This document shows positions 25,910 to 39,629 of a stretch of 64,000 nucleotides of DNA, piece after piece; positions within the stretch are counted from its first letter, which is position 1, and each line of letters starts with the position of its first letter. Under the pieces are notes generated by a model that saw only the letters and a list, made by a program, of their open reading frames with translations, was not told the origin of the DNA and did not search any database. The stretch comes from Octopus vulgaris (Eukaryota): the NCBI GenBank assembly GCA_951406725.2, contig OX597827.1, positions 65,782,001 through 65,846,000 of the forward strand, read 5' to 3'. A program made the translations under genes and the position numbers.

Positions 25910-27692
25910 TAGCAGTATAACCCGGCCTTGCCCGGGATTAGTTACGATTATTAAGCTAATCAAGTTCTTTATTTCAAATCAAAATAATATCGGCGTCGAA
26001 TTTGGGCAAAATCCGTTGAAATTGGTTATATTATATATATATATCATATATATCATATATATACTTTGATACTTTGATACTTTGATAGGTTTAGGCCATT
26101 ATTGGCCCATGCCATGTCTAACTTAATAGCACCACCTGGTGAAGTCTTTCAAGTCAGAATTTGGGCACCATGGCCCACTTAAGTAGAGAGTTATTGTTTA
26201 CAGAGACATATCCGGGTGTAGGAGGTTTATCTGGGATTTCTTGAAGGAATCTGTCCAAAGACTTCTTGAACCCTATAGGGTCTGTTTCTGTTTTAATGTG
26301 TTTTGGTGTAACGTTAAAGAGAGCGGGGCCAATTGAGGTGAAATAATTGTGCCGTATTGTTGTTATGAGATGAGAGTGTGATTTTTGTTGTGGGCGGATG
26401 GCACGGGGCCCAAGCCTTGGATGTACCTTAAAGGTGATGCCAACATCATTTGGGCAATGCTGATGGAATATTTTCCACATCATGCACATGATTTAGCGCT
26501 CACGGCAACGTTGGAGAGAATAAAGTTGTAGCTTTTCTAGTCGACCCCAATAGTCGAGGCCTGTCATGCCATCTATCTTTTTTTGTGAATTTTATAATAT
26601 AATATAATATAATATAATATAATATAATATAATATAATATAAATATATATGGGCAACAGACACGAACACACATGTACGTACGTACACCTATTGCATGTTT
26701 TGTGTATGTTCATAAACAGAAATGAATGGTAAAATGTTAAATTTGTAGATTAACACACACACGAGTTTCACTAAGAAAAATAATCGTTTTTGCGTGGAAT
26801 CAACTACTCTGGACTCCTAATATGCTACAAAATCCTTTTGTGGTCCGTGAAACGGAGTGGGTGTGGTGTAAACCTCGGAAATTTTACCCATTTATATTGT
26901 GCAATACACTGACAAATTGCTACTCACGTCTTTGTTTTTTTGCTGTTAAATAAATGGATTGTCAACAGAACACATTTATACACGGTGTAAAATAAAAATA
27001 AAACTCTTTCGCACCCAAAGTAATGTGTGTGTGAGAGAGGGGGAAGATGAACGATTAAAATAAATAAATGATTTAAAATAAATATATTGTAATTGTTGTG
27101 TGAGAAAGTATATATACTAAGATTATAAAATATAGTGTCTTTCAAAAACATCCTGAATTTGAACACTATATCTCGTGTTTAAGAAAAGACAAAACATTTT
27201 ACATTTTATATTTTGTGAACGTCGTCATTTACTCTCTCTCCCTCACTCTCTCAATTTGTCTTTCCCGTGAAACTCTCTGCTTCTCTTCCACTTTCCTTTA
27301 TCTTGTTTTATTTTGTTAGACGCCGTCAGAAAGCTATTGCTGAAAATAGATTTTTAGGAACGCCGTCACTTACTCTCTCTCCCTCTGTCACTTTGACTTT
27401 CCCGTGAAACTCACTGCCTCTCTTCATCCACTTTTCTTTATCTTGCTTTTTTTTTGGTAGACGCCGTCAAAAAGCTATGGCTGATAATAGATTTTTACCG
27501 CTAAAATTTATGGCTGAAAATATATGTTTTACAGCTATCCGCGGGTGCCTCGGGAAAAAAATAAGTTGACAAAACCAAGATAGGATGTTGACGAATGTCC
27601 TCCTAAAATTTGAGAAACATGCGTGCTAATTTGTGGATGTGCATAAACTACAATCACGTACACACACACATCATGCCGTATATATATACAGA
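25908..27692 (-). mobile_element. Probable non-autonomous Helitron interrupted by a CR1 LINE
   Basis: Minus-strand 3' end CCCGGGCAAGGCCGGG hairpin + TTATACTGCTAG|T; candidate 5' TC at 27692; internal ~141-bp tandem duplication 27218-27497; continuity between the ends is inferred. Confidence 0.55.
26061..26585 (-). mobile_element. CR1-group LINE 3' end
   Basis: LDYWGRLEKLQLYSLQRCRER..F..GPALFN..FKKSLDRFLQEIPDKP; (TATCAAAG)n tail. Confidence 0.85.
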
Positions 27693-28049
27693 TATATATA
27701 AATATATATGTATTCCCAACCATATGGTTCTGGGTTCAGTACTATTGCGTGAAACCTTGTGCAAGTGTCTTCTGCTATAGACTCGGGCAAACCAAAGACT
27801 TGTGACTATATCTAGTTGTCGTAAGCCGTAAAAAGCCTATCTTATATATGTATATATATAATTATAGAATATTCTGCTATTCAGTATAAAGTACGCTCGT
27901 TCACTTTCACATTTAAACTGTGCTTTTCAGTAGTAGTATTATATGTATTTCTAGGTTTGCGTTTGGGCATCTGTCGTGTGAATAGATAATTGAAAAAATT
28001 GGAGTCAACAAGTAGGGTGGGGTTGGGCCGAAAGAAATTAAAGAGCACT

Positions 28050-30815
28050 CCCGAAAGAGATCAAAGAAGGAGCCGAAAGAGATAAAAAAAAACAGTCACG
28101 AAAGAGATAAAAAAGGGTGCCGAAAGAGATAAAAGAGGGTGCCGACAGAGATAAAAGGGCGTGCCGACAGAGATCAAAGGGCGTGCCGACATAGATCAAA
28201 GAGGGTACCGACAGAGATCAAAGGGCGTACCGAGAGAGATCAAAGGGCGTATTAAAGGGCGTGCCGACAGAGATCAAAGAGGGTGCCGACAGAGATCAAA
28301 GGGCGTGCCGACAGAGATCAAAGGGCGTGTCGACAGAGATCAAAGAGGGTACCGATAGAGATCAAAGGGCGTGCCGACAGAGATCAAAGGGCGTGCCGAC
28401 AGAGATCAAAGAGGATACCGACAGAGATCAAAGGGCGTGCCGAAAGAGATCAAAGGGCGTGCCGACAGAGATCAAAGAGGGTACCGACAGAGATCAAAGG
28501 GCGTGCCGACAGAGATCAAATGGCGTACCGACAGTGATCAAAGGGCGTGCCGACAGAGATCAAAGAGGGTGTCGACAGAGATCAAAGGGCGTGCCGACAG
28601 AGATTAAAGGGCGTGCCGACAAACATCAAAGGACGTGTCGACAGATATCAAAGGGCGTGCCGACATAGATTAAATGGCGTGCCGACAGAGATCAAAGGGT
28701 GTGCCGACAGAGATCAAAGGGCGCGCCGACAGAGATCAAAGGGCTTGCCGACAGAGATCAAAGAGGGTACCGACAGAGATCAAAGGGCGTGCCGACAGAG
28801 ATCAAATGGCGTGCCGACAGTGATCAAAGGGCGTGCCGACAGAGATCAAAGAGGGTGGCGACAGAGATCAAAGGGCGTGCCGACAGAGATCAAAGGGCGT
28901 GTCCACAGAGATCAAATGGCGTGCCGACAAAGATCAAAGGACGTGCCGACAGAGATCAAAGGGCGTGCCGACAGAGATCAAAGGGCGTGCCGACAGAGAT
29001 CAAAGGGCGTGCCGACAGAGATCAAAGGGCGTGCCGACAGAGATCAAATGGCGTGCCGACATAGATTAAATGGCGTGCCGACAGAGATCAAAGGGCGTGT
29101 CGACAGAGATCAAAGGGCGTGCCGACAGAGATTAAATGGCGTGCCGACAGAGATCAAAGGGCGTGTCGACAGAGATCAAAGGGCGTGCCGTCAGAGATCA
29201 AAGGGCGTGCCGACAGAGATCAAAGAGGGTACCGACAGAGATCAAAGGGCGTGCCGACATAGATCAAATGACGTACCGACAGATATCAAAGGGCGTGCCG
29301 ACAGAGATCAAAGGGCGTGCCGACAGAGATCAAAGGGCGTGCCGACAGAGATCAAAGGGCGTGCCGACAGAGATCAAAGGGCGTGCCGACAGAGATCAAA
29401 GAGGGTGCCGACAGAGATCAAAGAGTTTGCCGACAGAGATCAAAGGTTGTGTCGACAGAGATCAAAGGGCGTGCCGACAGAGATCAAAGGGCGTGCCGAC
29501 ATAGATTAAATGGCGTGCCGACAGAGATCAAAGGGTGTGCCGACAGAGATCAAACGGCGCGTCGACAGAGATCAAAGGGCTTGCCGACAGAGATCAAAGA
29601 GGGTACCGACAGAGATCAAAGGGCGTGCCGACAGAGATCAAAGGGCGTGCCGACAGAGATCAAAGGGGGTGCGACAGAGATCAAAGGGCGTGCCGACAGA
29701 GATCAAAGAGGGTACCGACAGAGATCAAAGGGCGTGCCGACAGAGATCAAAGGGCGTGCCGACAGAGATCAAATGGCGTGCCGACAGAGATCAAAGGGCG
29801 TGCCGACAGAGATCAAAGGGTGTGCCGACAGAGATCAAAGGGCTTGCCGACAGAGATCAAAGGGCGTGCCGACAGAGATCAAAGGGCGTGCCGACACAGA
29901 GATCAAAGGGCGTGCCGACAGAGATCAAAGGGCGTGCGACAGAGATCAAAGGGCGTGCCGACAGAGATCAAAGGGCGTGCCGACAGAGATCAAAGGGCGT
30001 GCCGACAGAGATCAAAGGGCGTGTCGACAGAGATCAAAGGGCGTGCCGACAGAGATTAAATGGCGTGCCGACAGAGATCAAAGGGCGTGCCGACAGAGAT
30101 CAAATGGCGTGCCGACAGATGATCAAAGGGCGTGCCGACAGAGATCAAAGGGCGTGCCGACAGAGATCAAAGGGCGTGCCGACAGAGATCAAAGGGCGTG
30201 CCGACAGAGATCAAAGGGCGTGCCGACAGAGATCAAAGGGCGTGCCGACAGAGATCAAAGGGCGTGCCGACAGAGATCAAATGGCGTGCCGACAGAGATC
30301 AAAGGGCGTGCCGACAGAGATCAAAGGGCGTGCCGACAGAGATCAAAGGGCGTGCCGACAGAGATCAAAGAGGGTACCGACAGAGATCAAAGGGCGTGCC
30401 GACAGAGATCAAATGACGTACCGACAGATATCAAAGGGCGTGCCGACAGAGATCAAAGGGCGTGCCGACAGAGATCAAAGGGCGTGCCGACAGAGATCAA
30501 AGGGCGTGCCGACAGAGATCAAAGGGCGTGCCGACAGAGATCAAAGGGCGTGCCGACAGAGATCAAAGGGCGTGCCGACAGAGATTAAATGGCGTGCCGA
30601 CAGAGATCAAAGGGCGTGCCGACAGAGATCAAAGGACGTGCCGACAGAGATCAAAGGGCGTGCCGACAGAGATTAAATGGCGTGCCGACAGAGATCAAAG
30701 GGCGTGCCGACAGAGATCAAAGGACGTGCCGACAGAGATCAAAGAGGAGTCCCAAAAAAGATCAAAGAGGGTCCGGAAAGAGATCAAAGTAGAATCCCGA
30801 AAGAGATCGAAGAGT
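28050..30815. repeat. 22-bp GC-rich tandem satellite, consensus GCCGACAGAGATCAAAGGGCGT, ~125 units
   Basis: Seen directly; degenerate edges; explains the long repetitive ORFs. Confidence 0.97.
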
Positions 30816-31645
30816 GGACACTTATTTATTAATCACTAGAATTGTTTGCACGCAATGTAGTTCTCCAGATGTGCAGGTACTTGATTAACAAACTATTTTC
30901 CTGCATTATGAGATCTAGTTTTGTTTCCTCAGCTGATATGTAAATATTGTCTCTGTAAATTTTAAATCCTCGGCTTCAAAATCATTCTATCTCTGTCGTG
31001 GCCTTTATTTAGTAGTTGTCACAAAGCCTATCAGGATATGTTGTTGGCAAACTGCTTTGAATGCGTAAATGTAGTGGGATGGGGATTCCCGTACTCTAAA
31101 AGTGGTTGCTGTTTTAAAGTGATTGGTATTTTAATTCTTTGTACTCTTGATTTGTTCTTCTTGATTGGTTACACCTATGATTCTCCTTAGCTGGCCTTTA
31201 AGATTCAACACTCGGACACATACACGCATATATGCGCACGCGCACGCACACACACACACATATATACATATATAAAATCTACACACATATACATACGGAT
31301 ATATACACACGCTTACATATACGGATATGTACGCACACTCACGTACATATATATAAGCACAACTACACTCGCTCGCATATACATACAGAGATGCTCGCAT
31401 GTGCATACACACACTTATACACATGTATACATATCTACATACACACACACCCACTCACACCATACATATAAATAAATATATCCACTCACAAATTAAAAAA
31501 GAGTAGCTTATTAGCAATCAAATAAAGTCGATTTTATAGAGGTCTAAAAGTGACAGGTGGTACTGACTAGCACAGTTTTTGCTAAAATAACTCAAAGCCA
31601 GAAGAGTACTGAACTTAATAACTGATACAGAGTTAACTGATACAT

Positions 31646-31701
31646 AGCCGGATCGCAATTTCGGATTTTGATGCAGACCATTATAATCTTCATCAGCGAC
31701 T
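31646..31701 (-). ncRNA. Type I hammerhead motif
   Basis: AGUCG-CUGAUGA-AGAUU..AAUCC-GAAA-UUGCGA-UC-CGGCU; AUC triplet; one mismatch at the base of helix II. Confidence 0.7.
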
Positions 31702-31849
31702 CTTAAAGCCTAGAGTTAAACACGACTGCCTCTATCAGTCTTACAAGAAAAACCGTTGAAAACGTGCTGATTTTCAAAACGGTAAAAGTGTAAACAATAA
31801 ACTAAAAGGTGGGGTTCATTAGCAATAAAAGCATAAAGGCAAAATCAAT

Positions 31850-32036
31850 AGAGGTCACAAAAGTGACTATATAAATATTTTTTTTTCTTCTCTGCTTGTT
31901 TTTTCTGTGTCCCTTTCTGTAAAAGAGCGTAGGCTCGAAACGTAAAATACTTTTTCTATTCCTGAGCGTTATCCTAATACACCTGTTTGTTTTGTATACC
32001 ACTTGTCATCGTCTTTTGTTTTTTCTTAAACTCTCC

Positions 32037-32040
<4 letters not shown>
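31850..32040 (+). mobile_element. Family E repeat with degenerate HHR (31914-31947)
   Basis: TTTCTGTAAAAGAGCGTAGGCTCGAAACGTAAAA plus family E flanks; abuts a TA tract. Confidence 0.65.
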
Positions 32041-32125
<85 letters not shown>

Positions 32126-32234
32126 CATATATATGATTATATACATATAGATATGGTACATATATAAACAAGGCATGAGAAAGTGCATGTTTGACTGCTA
32201 AATCCACAAGTTTTTTATTTCTTCTGTTCTGGCG

Positions 32235-34015
32235 AATATTTTCGAAAGATTTTTCAAAATTTTGGGGGAAAACTTTCAAGAAATTTTTCAAAACTTTTTG
32301 GGGAAAATTTTCCAAAAATTTTCAAAAATTTTCTAATGATTTTCTAAAGATTTTCTAAAATTTTTGAGGAAAATTTTCAAAAAATATTTGAAAAATTTTG
32401 GGGGATAAATTTCAAAAGATTTTCAAAAAATTTTTCAAAAATATTTGGGGAAAACTTTCTAAAAATTTTTCTAAAATTTTGGCGTTAAATTTTCAAAAAA
32501 TTTTCGAAAAATTTTTAGGGATAGTTTTCAAAAGATTTTTAAAAAGTTTTCAAACATTTTAAGGGAAAATTTTCATAAAAATATTTCAAAAATTTGCTGG
32601 GAAAATTTTCAAAATATTCTTCAAAAATTTATGGGGAAAATTCTCAAAAAAGTTTTCGAAAATTTTGGGGAAAATTTTCAAAATATTTTTGAAAAATGTT
32701 TTTGGATAATTTTCAGAAGATATTCTAAATATTTTTCCAAAATTTTTGGGGAAATTTTTCAAAATATTTTTGAATAATTTGTTTGGAAAATTTTCAAAAA
32801 ATTCTTCAAAAATTTTTGGGGAAAATTTTCAAAAAAGTTTTCAAAAATTTTTAGGGAAAATTATCAAAAAATTTTTGGGGAAAATTTTGAAAGTATTTTT
32901 GAAATATTTTATGGAATAATTTTCAGAATATATTCTAAATATTTTTCCATAGTTTTGGGGGGAAAATTTTGGGTAGATTTTATCGAAAAGTTTTTGAAAA
33001 ATTATGAGGAAAATTTTCAAAATATTTTTGAAAAATTTTTGGGGATAATTGTTAAAAGATTTTCTAAAAATATTTCGAAAATTTTGAAAAGATTTTTCAA
33101 AAATTTTGGGGGAAAAATTTCAAAAAATTTTTCAAACATTTTGGTGAAATGTTTTGAAAAAATTTTCAAAAACTTTGGGCAAAAATTTTTGGGCAAAATT
33201 GTCAAGAAATTCTTTTAAAATTTTTTAGAAAAATTTACATAAAAATTTTTCAAAAATTTTGGTGAGATATTTTTGAAAAATTTTTGAAAAACTTATGGGG
33301 AAAATTGCACGAATTTTTCCAAAAATATTTGAGGAAAATTTTCAAAAAATTTTTCAAAAACTTTTGGGGAAAGTTTTCAAAAGATTTTCAAAAATCTCAG
33401 GGGAAAAGTTTACAAAAACTTTTCAAAAGTTTCTGGGGAAAACTTTCCAAAAATTTTTGAAAAATTTTTGGGGAAAATTTTCAGAACAGTTTTGAAAAAT
33501 TTTGGGGGATAATTTTCAAAAGAATTTCAAAAAGTTTTTCCAAAATTTGTTGAAAAGTTTTGAAAAACTTTTTCACAAATCTTTTTTTTAAATTTTCCAA
33601 AACTTTTCTGGAAAATTTTCAAAAGATTTTTCAAAAATTTTGGGGGAAAAGTTTCAAGAAATTTTTTGAAAAATTTTTGGGGAAAACTTTCAAAAAATTT
33701 TCTAAAACTTTTGAGGAAAATTTTCAAAAGATTAAAAAAAAATTTTTGGGGAAAATTTTCAAAAAATTTTCTAAAACTTTTGAGGAAAATTTTCAAAAGA
33801 TTAAAAAAAAGTATTGGGGAAAATTTTCAAAAAATTTTCGAAAACTTTTGAGGAAAATTTTCAAAAGATTAAAAAAAAGTTTTGGGGGAAAATTTTCAAG
33901 AAATTTTTCAAACATTTTTTGGGAAAATTTTTAAAAATTTTTGAAAAATTTTTGTGGATAATTTTCAAAATATTTTCAAATTTTGGAGAAAATTTTCAAA
34001 AAATTTTCTAAGATT
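32235..34015. repeat. Degenerate AT-rich minisatellite (AAAATTTTCAA / TTTTGGGGA motifs)
   Basis: ~1.8 kb of short quasi-palindromic A/T runs; explains the K/F/N-rich ORFs. Confidence 0.9.
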
Positions 34016-34819
34016 CGAATTGTAGGCCCTTCTGTTGCAATTTCGATCAGTTGGATCTTGTCCTCCTTTTTGTATAGAAGTGTACCGGTGCAGCGAAATT
34101 CATTTTTGGACTTTCTTCTATCGATGGCATTTTAAGAAATATGCTTCCGTAAAGACGGTGAAAATTCAATTTTTAAACAATAACCAAAGTCCCTTCTCCG
34201 AATGGGGGAGGGTTACGGTTTACAATTATTTGAAAAATGCGACACAACAGCGCTTGACTGACGACGAACCAACAAACGTGTTTACAATAGTCAAACAGTA
34301 ATAATAATAACAAACCTTTTTAATTTATCCCCATTTATGTGAAACCACTTATTCAAGTTCAAGTCATTGATGCAATTTTATACGAATTGCTAATCCACAC
34401 ACACATAATAAGGGTGAAATATTGAATATTAATTTGATTAATATGAATTAAAAACCAGTGGTGTAGCATATATGACCATAGCGGATCTTCTTCTTGCAAA
34501 ATGGATTACCATTGTTAATGGTTCATCCCTGTTACATAATACTTTCACTTTAATAGTGAAAGTGTCTGCATTACAAAAGTGAGATGTTTTTGTTTCACTT
34601 TTAACACGTAATACTGAAATAGTGGAGAAGATATGATATTGCTGTGGGGTCGCCCTAGGGAAAAAGTTAAATTTTTTTGCCGATGACACTCTCGGACTTT
34701 AAGTAAGGCATGTGTAAAATTTGAATGAAATCGGTTGTGTAATTCTCAAGTTTTAGGGAAACACACAGGCAGACAGATAGACACACACACATTTTCAGTT
34801 TTATATATATACACACATA

Positions 34820-34995
34820 CATAGTTCAAATTTACAGAGAAAGGAAGAAGGCAGGTTTGAGAACAAGAAGCTGGTGTTTAATGCTAAAGAAAAATGGAAA
34901 ATTCTTTTACGCTTCGAGCCTACGCTCTTCGACAGAAAGTAATAAAACGAAAAAATGGAGAGAGAACGAAAAAAATCAGAGAGAGAAAAAATTGT
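34820..34995 (-). mobile_element. Family E repeat with degenerate HHR (34904-34939)
   Basis: CUUU-CUGUCGA-A-GAGC guag GCUC-GAAG-CG-UA-AAAG. Confidence 0.65.
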
Positions 34996-35174
34996 ATCTA
35001 CCTGTAACATATGTATACGGTCGTATGCATATGTTACAGGTCGTATACATATGTTACAGGTAGACTTTTTTAAAATATCGCTTACAGCTGAAATGCCTCG
35101 CTTACAATTATTCAATACTGTAATCTCAATACAAATGTTGTATGAAATACAATTTGAAACTAGAACATAATAAC

Positions 35175-35564
35175 TCTGTAAATATAAGGCTGAAGTTGTC
35201 TGTGCATGGCAGGTTTGGTAGCCTTCAACTAACACTATCTCCTCTGAGAACCTGTTGCGCAAGTTGACCAAAATTGAGAGTATGATAAAAGAAGGCTTTC
35301 TCTTCCTTCCGTAGGAGAGAAAAATTCAAATCGGACCATGTTAAGGCCAAAAATTATTTATATTAAAAAGGTGCTTTTTTCTATGAAAATCCCTATTGTT
35401 TACGATTTTTTGACTGCTGTGTTGCCATTTTTCGGTGTATTTGAACCAGAAAATTGCTCACTTAAAGTGAATAACAAGGTACATAATGCAAACTTTTTAC
35501 TTTTCACAAATTCTAATTCTAAAGGGTCGAAAGAAACCCAAGCAACGCCGGCTGATACTGCTAG
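35175..35564 (+). mobile_element. Non-autonomous Helitron
   Basis: 5' TC(TGTAAATATAAGGCTG) and 3' imperfect hairpin + ATACTGCTAG|T, similar to the terminus at 25908. Confidence 0.65.
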
Positions 35565-35862
35565 TGCTATATAAATGCATAATGGTTCACATTAGCTGGT
35601 ATCAAACTAATTCGCTGTAATGGATAGACGCATTTGTGTACCTTGTACGGGACTGCTGGATACCCAGATGTCACTGCTGATTTTGAATTTGAATTTTGAT
35701 TCAGGAATGATCAGCCACTCCTATTCTAAGCAACTGAACGGGTTAGGCAGTTACGCGGGCTGATCTTCGTCGCAAGTGAATGAGGTCCATCTCCTTTTCT
35801 TACTTTACCTGGGTTATGTCTTCATTCTAAATCAGGTTTTGAGACAGAATAATAGAAAAAAA

Positions 35863-36266
35863 TAGCTTGCTTAGCAACCACATGGTGCCGGGTTCAGTCC
35901 CACTGCGTGGCATCTTGGGCAAGTGTCTTCTACTATAGCCTCGGGCCGACCAAAGCCTTGTGAGTGGATTTGGTAGACGGAAACTGAAAGAAGCCCGTCG
36001 TATATATATATATATATATAGATATATTTATATATATGTGCGTGTATGTTTGTGTGTCTGTGTTTGTCCCCGTAGCATTGCTTGACAACCAATGCTGGAG
36101 TGTTTATGTCCCCGTCACTTAGCGGTTCGGCAAAAGAGACCGATAGAATAAGTACTTGGCTTAAAAAGAATAAGTCCCAGGGTAAAGTTGCTCCATTAAA
36201 TGTGGTGCTCCAGCATGGCCGCAGTCAAATGACTTGAACAAGTAAAAGAGTAAAGAGTAAAAGAGT
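35863..36266 (+). mobile_element. SINE family A
   Basis: Slightly 5'-truncated; GTAAAAGA-type tail. Confidence 0.9.
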
Positions 36267-36944
36267 ATATGTAGTGTCGGAGAGGAGCACAAATAAAGAT
36301 AAGAAGAACGTTGAATTTTGTCGACTCGTATTCTTTTTATCTGCTGGAAGCAAAGTAACCATTTGAAGTTTTAATTCAAGTGTTTTGGATACTATTCTAG
36401 TTTACTGGTTTCTTTTCGTATCATATATTTTTAGTGTTAGTGTTTCTGTGAAAGGTGAATCAGATACACACGCACAAGTTATTCTCATATAGACATTTAA
36501 CGACCTGTCGTCGTCTACTGTGTTGAATATTTCTGCTATTTAGCGAGCGGCTTATCTGGATTTCTCGTAAAAAGGTACTTTGCTTTTTGAGTGTCCATTT
36601 GTCTTGAAAGTGTAAGAAGCGAATGAAAGAATGAAGGAGTGAAAAACATTCCTTCTTATGAACAAGTGACTCACAACGGTATGTTTACGCAATCAAATTA
36701 CTTCTATATACTTTAGGTATAAAATTATTTTGTCTATATCTATAAAAAGTAGCAACTCCATGTCTGTGCATCATAAGTATAGAGCAATAAAGAGTAAATT
36801 TATCGTGAAATACAAAAGTAAGGTATTCTTATTATAACCTCCAACGGATCGTCTTGTCCTCTGCTGACAAAGAAAGGCAAATTCAGAGAAGCCAACAGTA
36901 TTCTCGTTGCTCAGTCTCTCTTCAAAACAAGACGAATATCTATG

Positions 36945-36996
<52 letters not shown>

Positions 36997-37027
36997 CAAA
37001 ATAAGCAACAAGGATATCTAGAGGTAG

Positions 37028-37116
37028 TGCAGTACGATCGTTTCATGCGATCCCATTTAATTGAACAATGCAAAATATTACATTAGTTTTAAAATGTAGA
37101 CCAATCTTCGACTGCA
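37028..37116 (-). ncRNA. Degenerate hammerhead-like motif
   Basis: UGCAG-UCGAAGA..GAAA-CGAUCG-UA-CUGCA; helices I and III are good, core altered, helix II unclear; cassette between TA tracts. Confidence 0.4.
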
Positions 37117-37268
37117 TAAAAATATAGAATTTAGTTAAATTCAAAGGATTCATTTGTATAGTTAGTCTATTTACCGAAATCACGAAGGGGGTAAGTAGGT
37201 AGACAAAGAACAGGTTTCATCAACAATATCATAGTAGTAACTGATATTTTTTCACAGGAAGACACTGC

Positions 37269-37312
<44 letters not shown>

Positions 37313-37757
37313 GTGGTGTCTTGGGACGACTGCATATACATAGTATATAACAAATACATATTTATGTATGTATGTGCATATGTATATATGAATATATCAA
37401 AGCGCAGAACTTGTTCTTAAATGTTCACTGTTGAACGGAAGTAGTAGAAAATCTAGATGCCAGGTTCGGACTCAGTGCACAGTTTTTTTTTGGCAAATGG
37501 ACGAATAACATGTGGGTGAATTTAGTGGATGAAACTGTCTGGCAATCAGTTGTAAATATATAAGAAATATATCGTTGCGCGTTTGTGTGTGTGTGTGTGT
37601 GTGCGTATGTGTGTGTATGTGTGTATGTGTGTGTACTTTTGATTGCCCTCCCACCATTTGACAACTAATGTGCGGCAGATGAGGCCAAAAGAATAAATAC
37701 CAACTGAAATCATATGTAGTGTGGTCACGTTGTTCGACTAAAGCCGTCTTCTTTGTA

Positions 37758-37881
37758 CAGTTCTATATTTAAGAGATGAGTAATTATGTACATTATTTAC
37801 ATTATTTATATTTGACAGATATTTGTCCTCATCTTGTTTATTATTAACACAACATTTCATCTGATATACCCTCGAGCCTTC
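37758..37881 (-). mobile_element. Solo tail of the tRNA+HHR Penelope family inserted in an old SINE A
   Basis: CAGTTCTATATTTAAGAGATGAG..CTGATATACCCTCGAGCCTTC matches 19233-19350. Confidence 0.8.
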
Positions 37882-39194
37882 TCTTTGTCGCAGCATAGCT
37901 GCAACCCAGTGATTATAATGGGTAAGGGAATTTTTTAAAAAATGTGTGTAAACTCTCTGCTGCGTTTAACAGTTCCAGGATCTGATAGTAAGTTTCAATG
38001 CATTACAGATTTTACGCTTCATTCTAAATTGGTATAAAGTGTAGGACCGCTAATTGAACGACACAACGCTAGTAAACATGCTAAACATATGAGCTAATGA
38101 GAAAGAGAGTCAGGGAACATGCTTTAAAGTCGAGTAAATTTCCTTCCAATTATATCCTGCAATTTTGGGTACAGAAGAGCGCCGGATAATGAAATCCTAG
38201 ACAAACAATCGAAAACAAGATGGGATGAATGATTATAATTACAGGTCCGCTGAGTTTTGCATTGACATGAAGTTAATCAATAATAGCATCAACGAGAACT
38301 ACTACAACAATAATTCTTTCAAATGTTGGCTTAATGCCAGCAACAACAGCAATTGTAATAACATTAATAATGATAATAATAACAACAAAAATATGCTAAT
38401 GATAAACCACAACGTAAGTGTGCTGACCTATGACACCGTCTTAAAATCTATTTCGTCTACTATTAAGCCATTGGCAGACTCCAGTAGACGTATCCAACAA
38501 AATTCAATCGCAAAAATATTAAGATAAAGATGAACAAATACAAAACTTACGTGATAGCAAGAAATATTACAAAGAAACTAGAAAACAAAAGATGATTTTT
38601 AAAGAAATATTTCTCTTCTTTCTTTGGAAAAAAAAATCAAAAGCGAAACATCAATCATTCTTACAGACGTCCTCTTCAAAGAGAGTGAACACTCAATTAC
38701 CAAATGCCAGCCGGAGCCAGGAAAGTATGTAAGATCAATAAAGTGGTGTAATTAGCTATAGCAAAGTAATTTGCATTTTAAGAATATATATCAAATTTGT
38801 TAGAATGCAGACATCACAACAAATCGAAACAAAATATCTTTTAATGCAAAAATAATTTAAATAACTGAAAAAAAAAAAAAATGATTTAAAACAATTTAAG
38901 TCTCATGGAGTCATGAAAAATAACAAAGAGAAGCAATATTTCCTTTCGTTAAACTAAAAATAAATCAGTATTTAATTTAAGAAAGAAAAGAAACAATCAA
39001 AAAACGGTCTGTGATAATATGAGTGGGTGAACTTTAATACATGAAATGATGAGGCGTTCTATCTCATAAGATACAGAGAAAACGCCTCTGTGACACCAAC
39101 AATACATGTACACACACGCGCACACACATATATATACATATATATATATACGTATATATATATACACATGTGTTTATATATATATACATATGTT

Positions 39195-39480
39195 ATATTG
39201 TATTGGCATCCTTTCTGTCTCGGGAGACAATGGAGTTGCGCATTATTTTTTTTTTTTTTTTTTTAGGTCTAGTCCAGCTGTTATATTTTATTTCCTGTTA
39301 CATTTCTTGCTGTGGCTGTGTAGTCCTATCCTGGACAAACACTCCCTCTGGCAGGTACTGCAAATGTAGCGAAGACTGTTCCTGGCTGGTTGTAGTGCCA
39401 TGGTCTCTTGTTTATGTCTCTTCCTTTCTTTCCATTTCTCCTCTCTCTTTCTGTCACTCCTCTGTATACCCTCTTTTACT
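39195..39480 (-). mobile_element. RTE (BovB-like) LINE 3' end
   Basis: YICSTCQRECLSRIGLHSHSKKC, the C-terminal motif typical of RTE ORFs. Confidence 0.85.
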
Positions 39481-39536
39481 GTTATATATATATATATGTT
39501 ATATATATATATATATATGCACACATACATATATAT

Positions 39537-39606
<70 letters not shown>

Positions 39607-39629
39607 ATGTATGTATGTATGTGTGTATG

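Noticed and set aside
28161-30839. Long ORFs (up to 423 aa) and a CRISPR-like appearance
   Set aside because: Head-to-tail 22-bp satellite with no spacers; the same peptide appears in all three frames because the unit has no stop
32955-34011. K/F-rich amphipathic-looking ORFs
   Set aside because: By-product of the A/T-tract satellite; open on both strands
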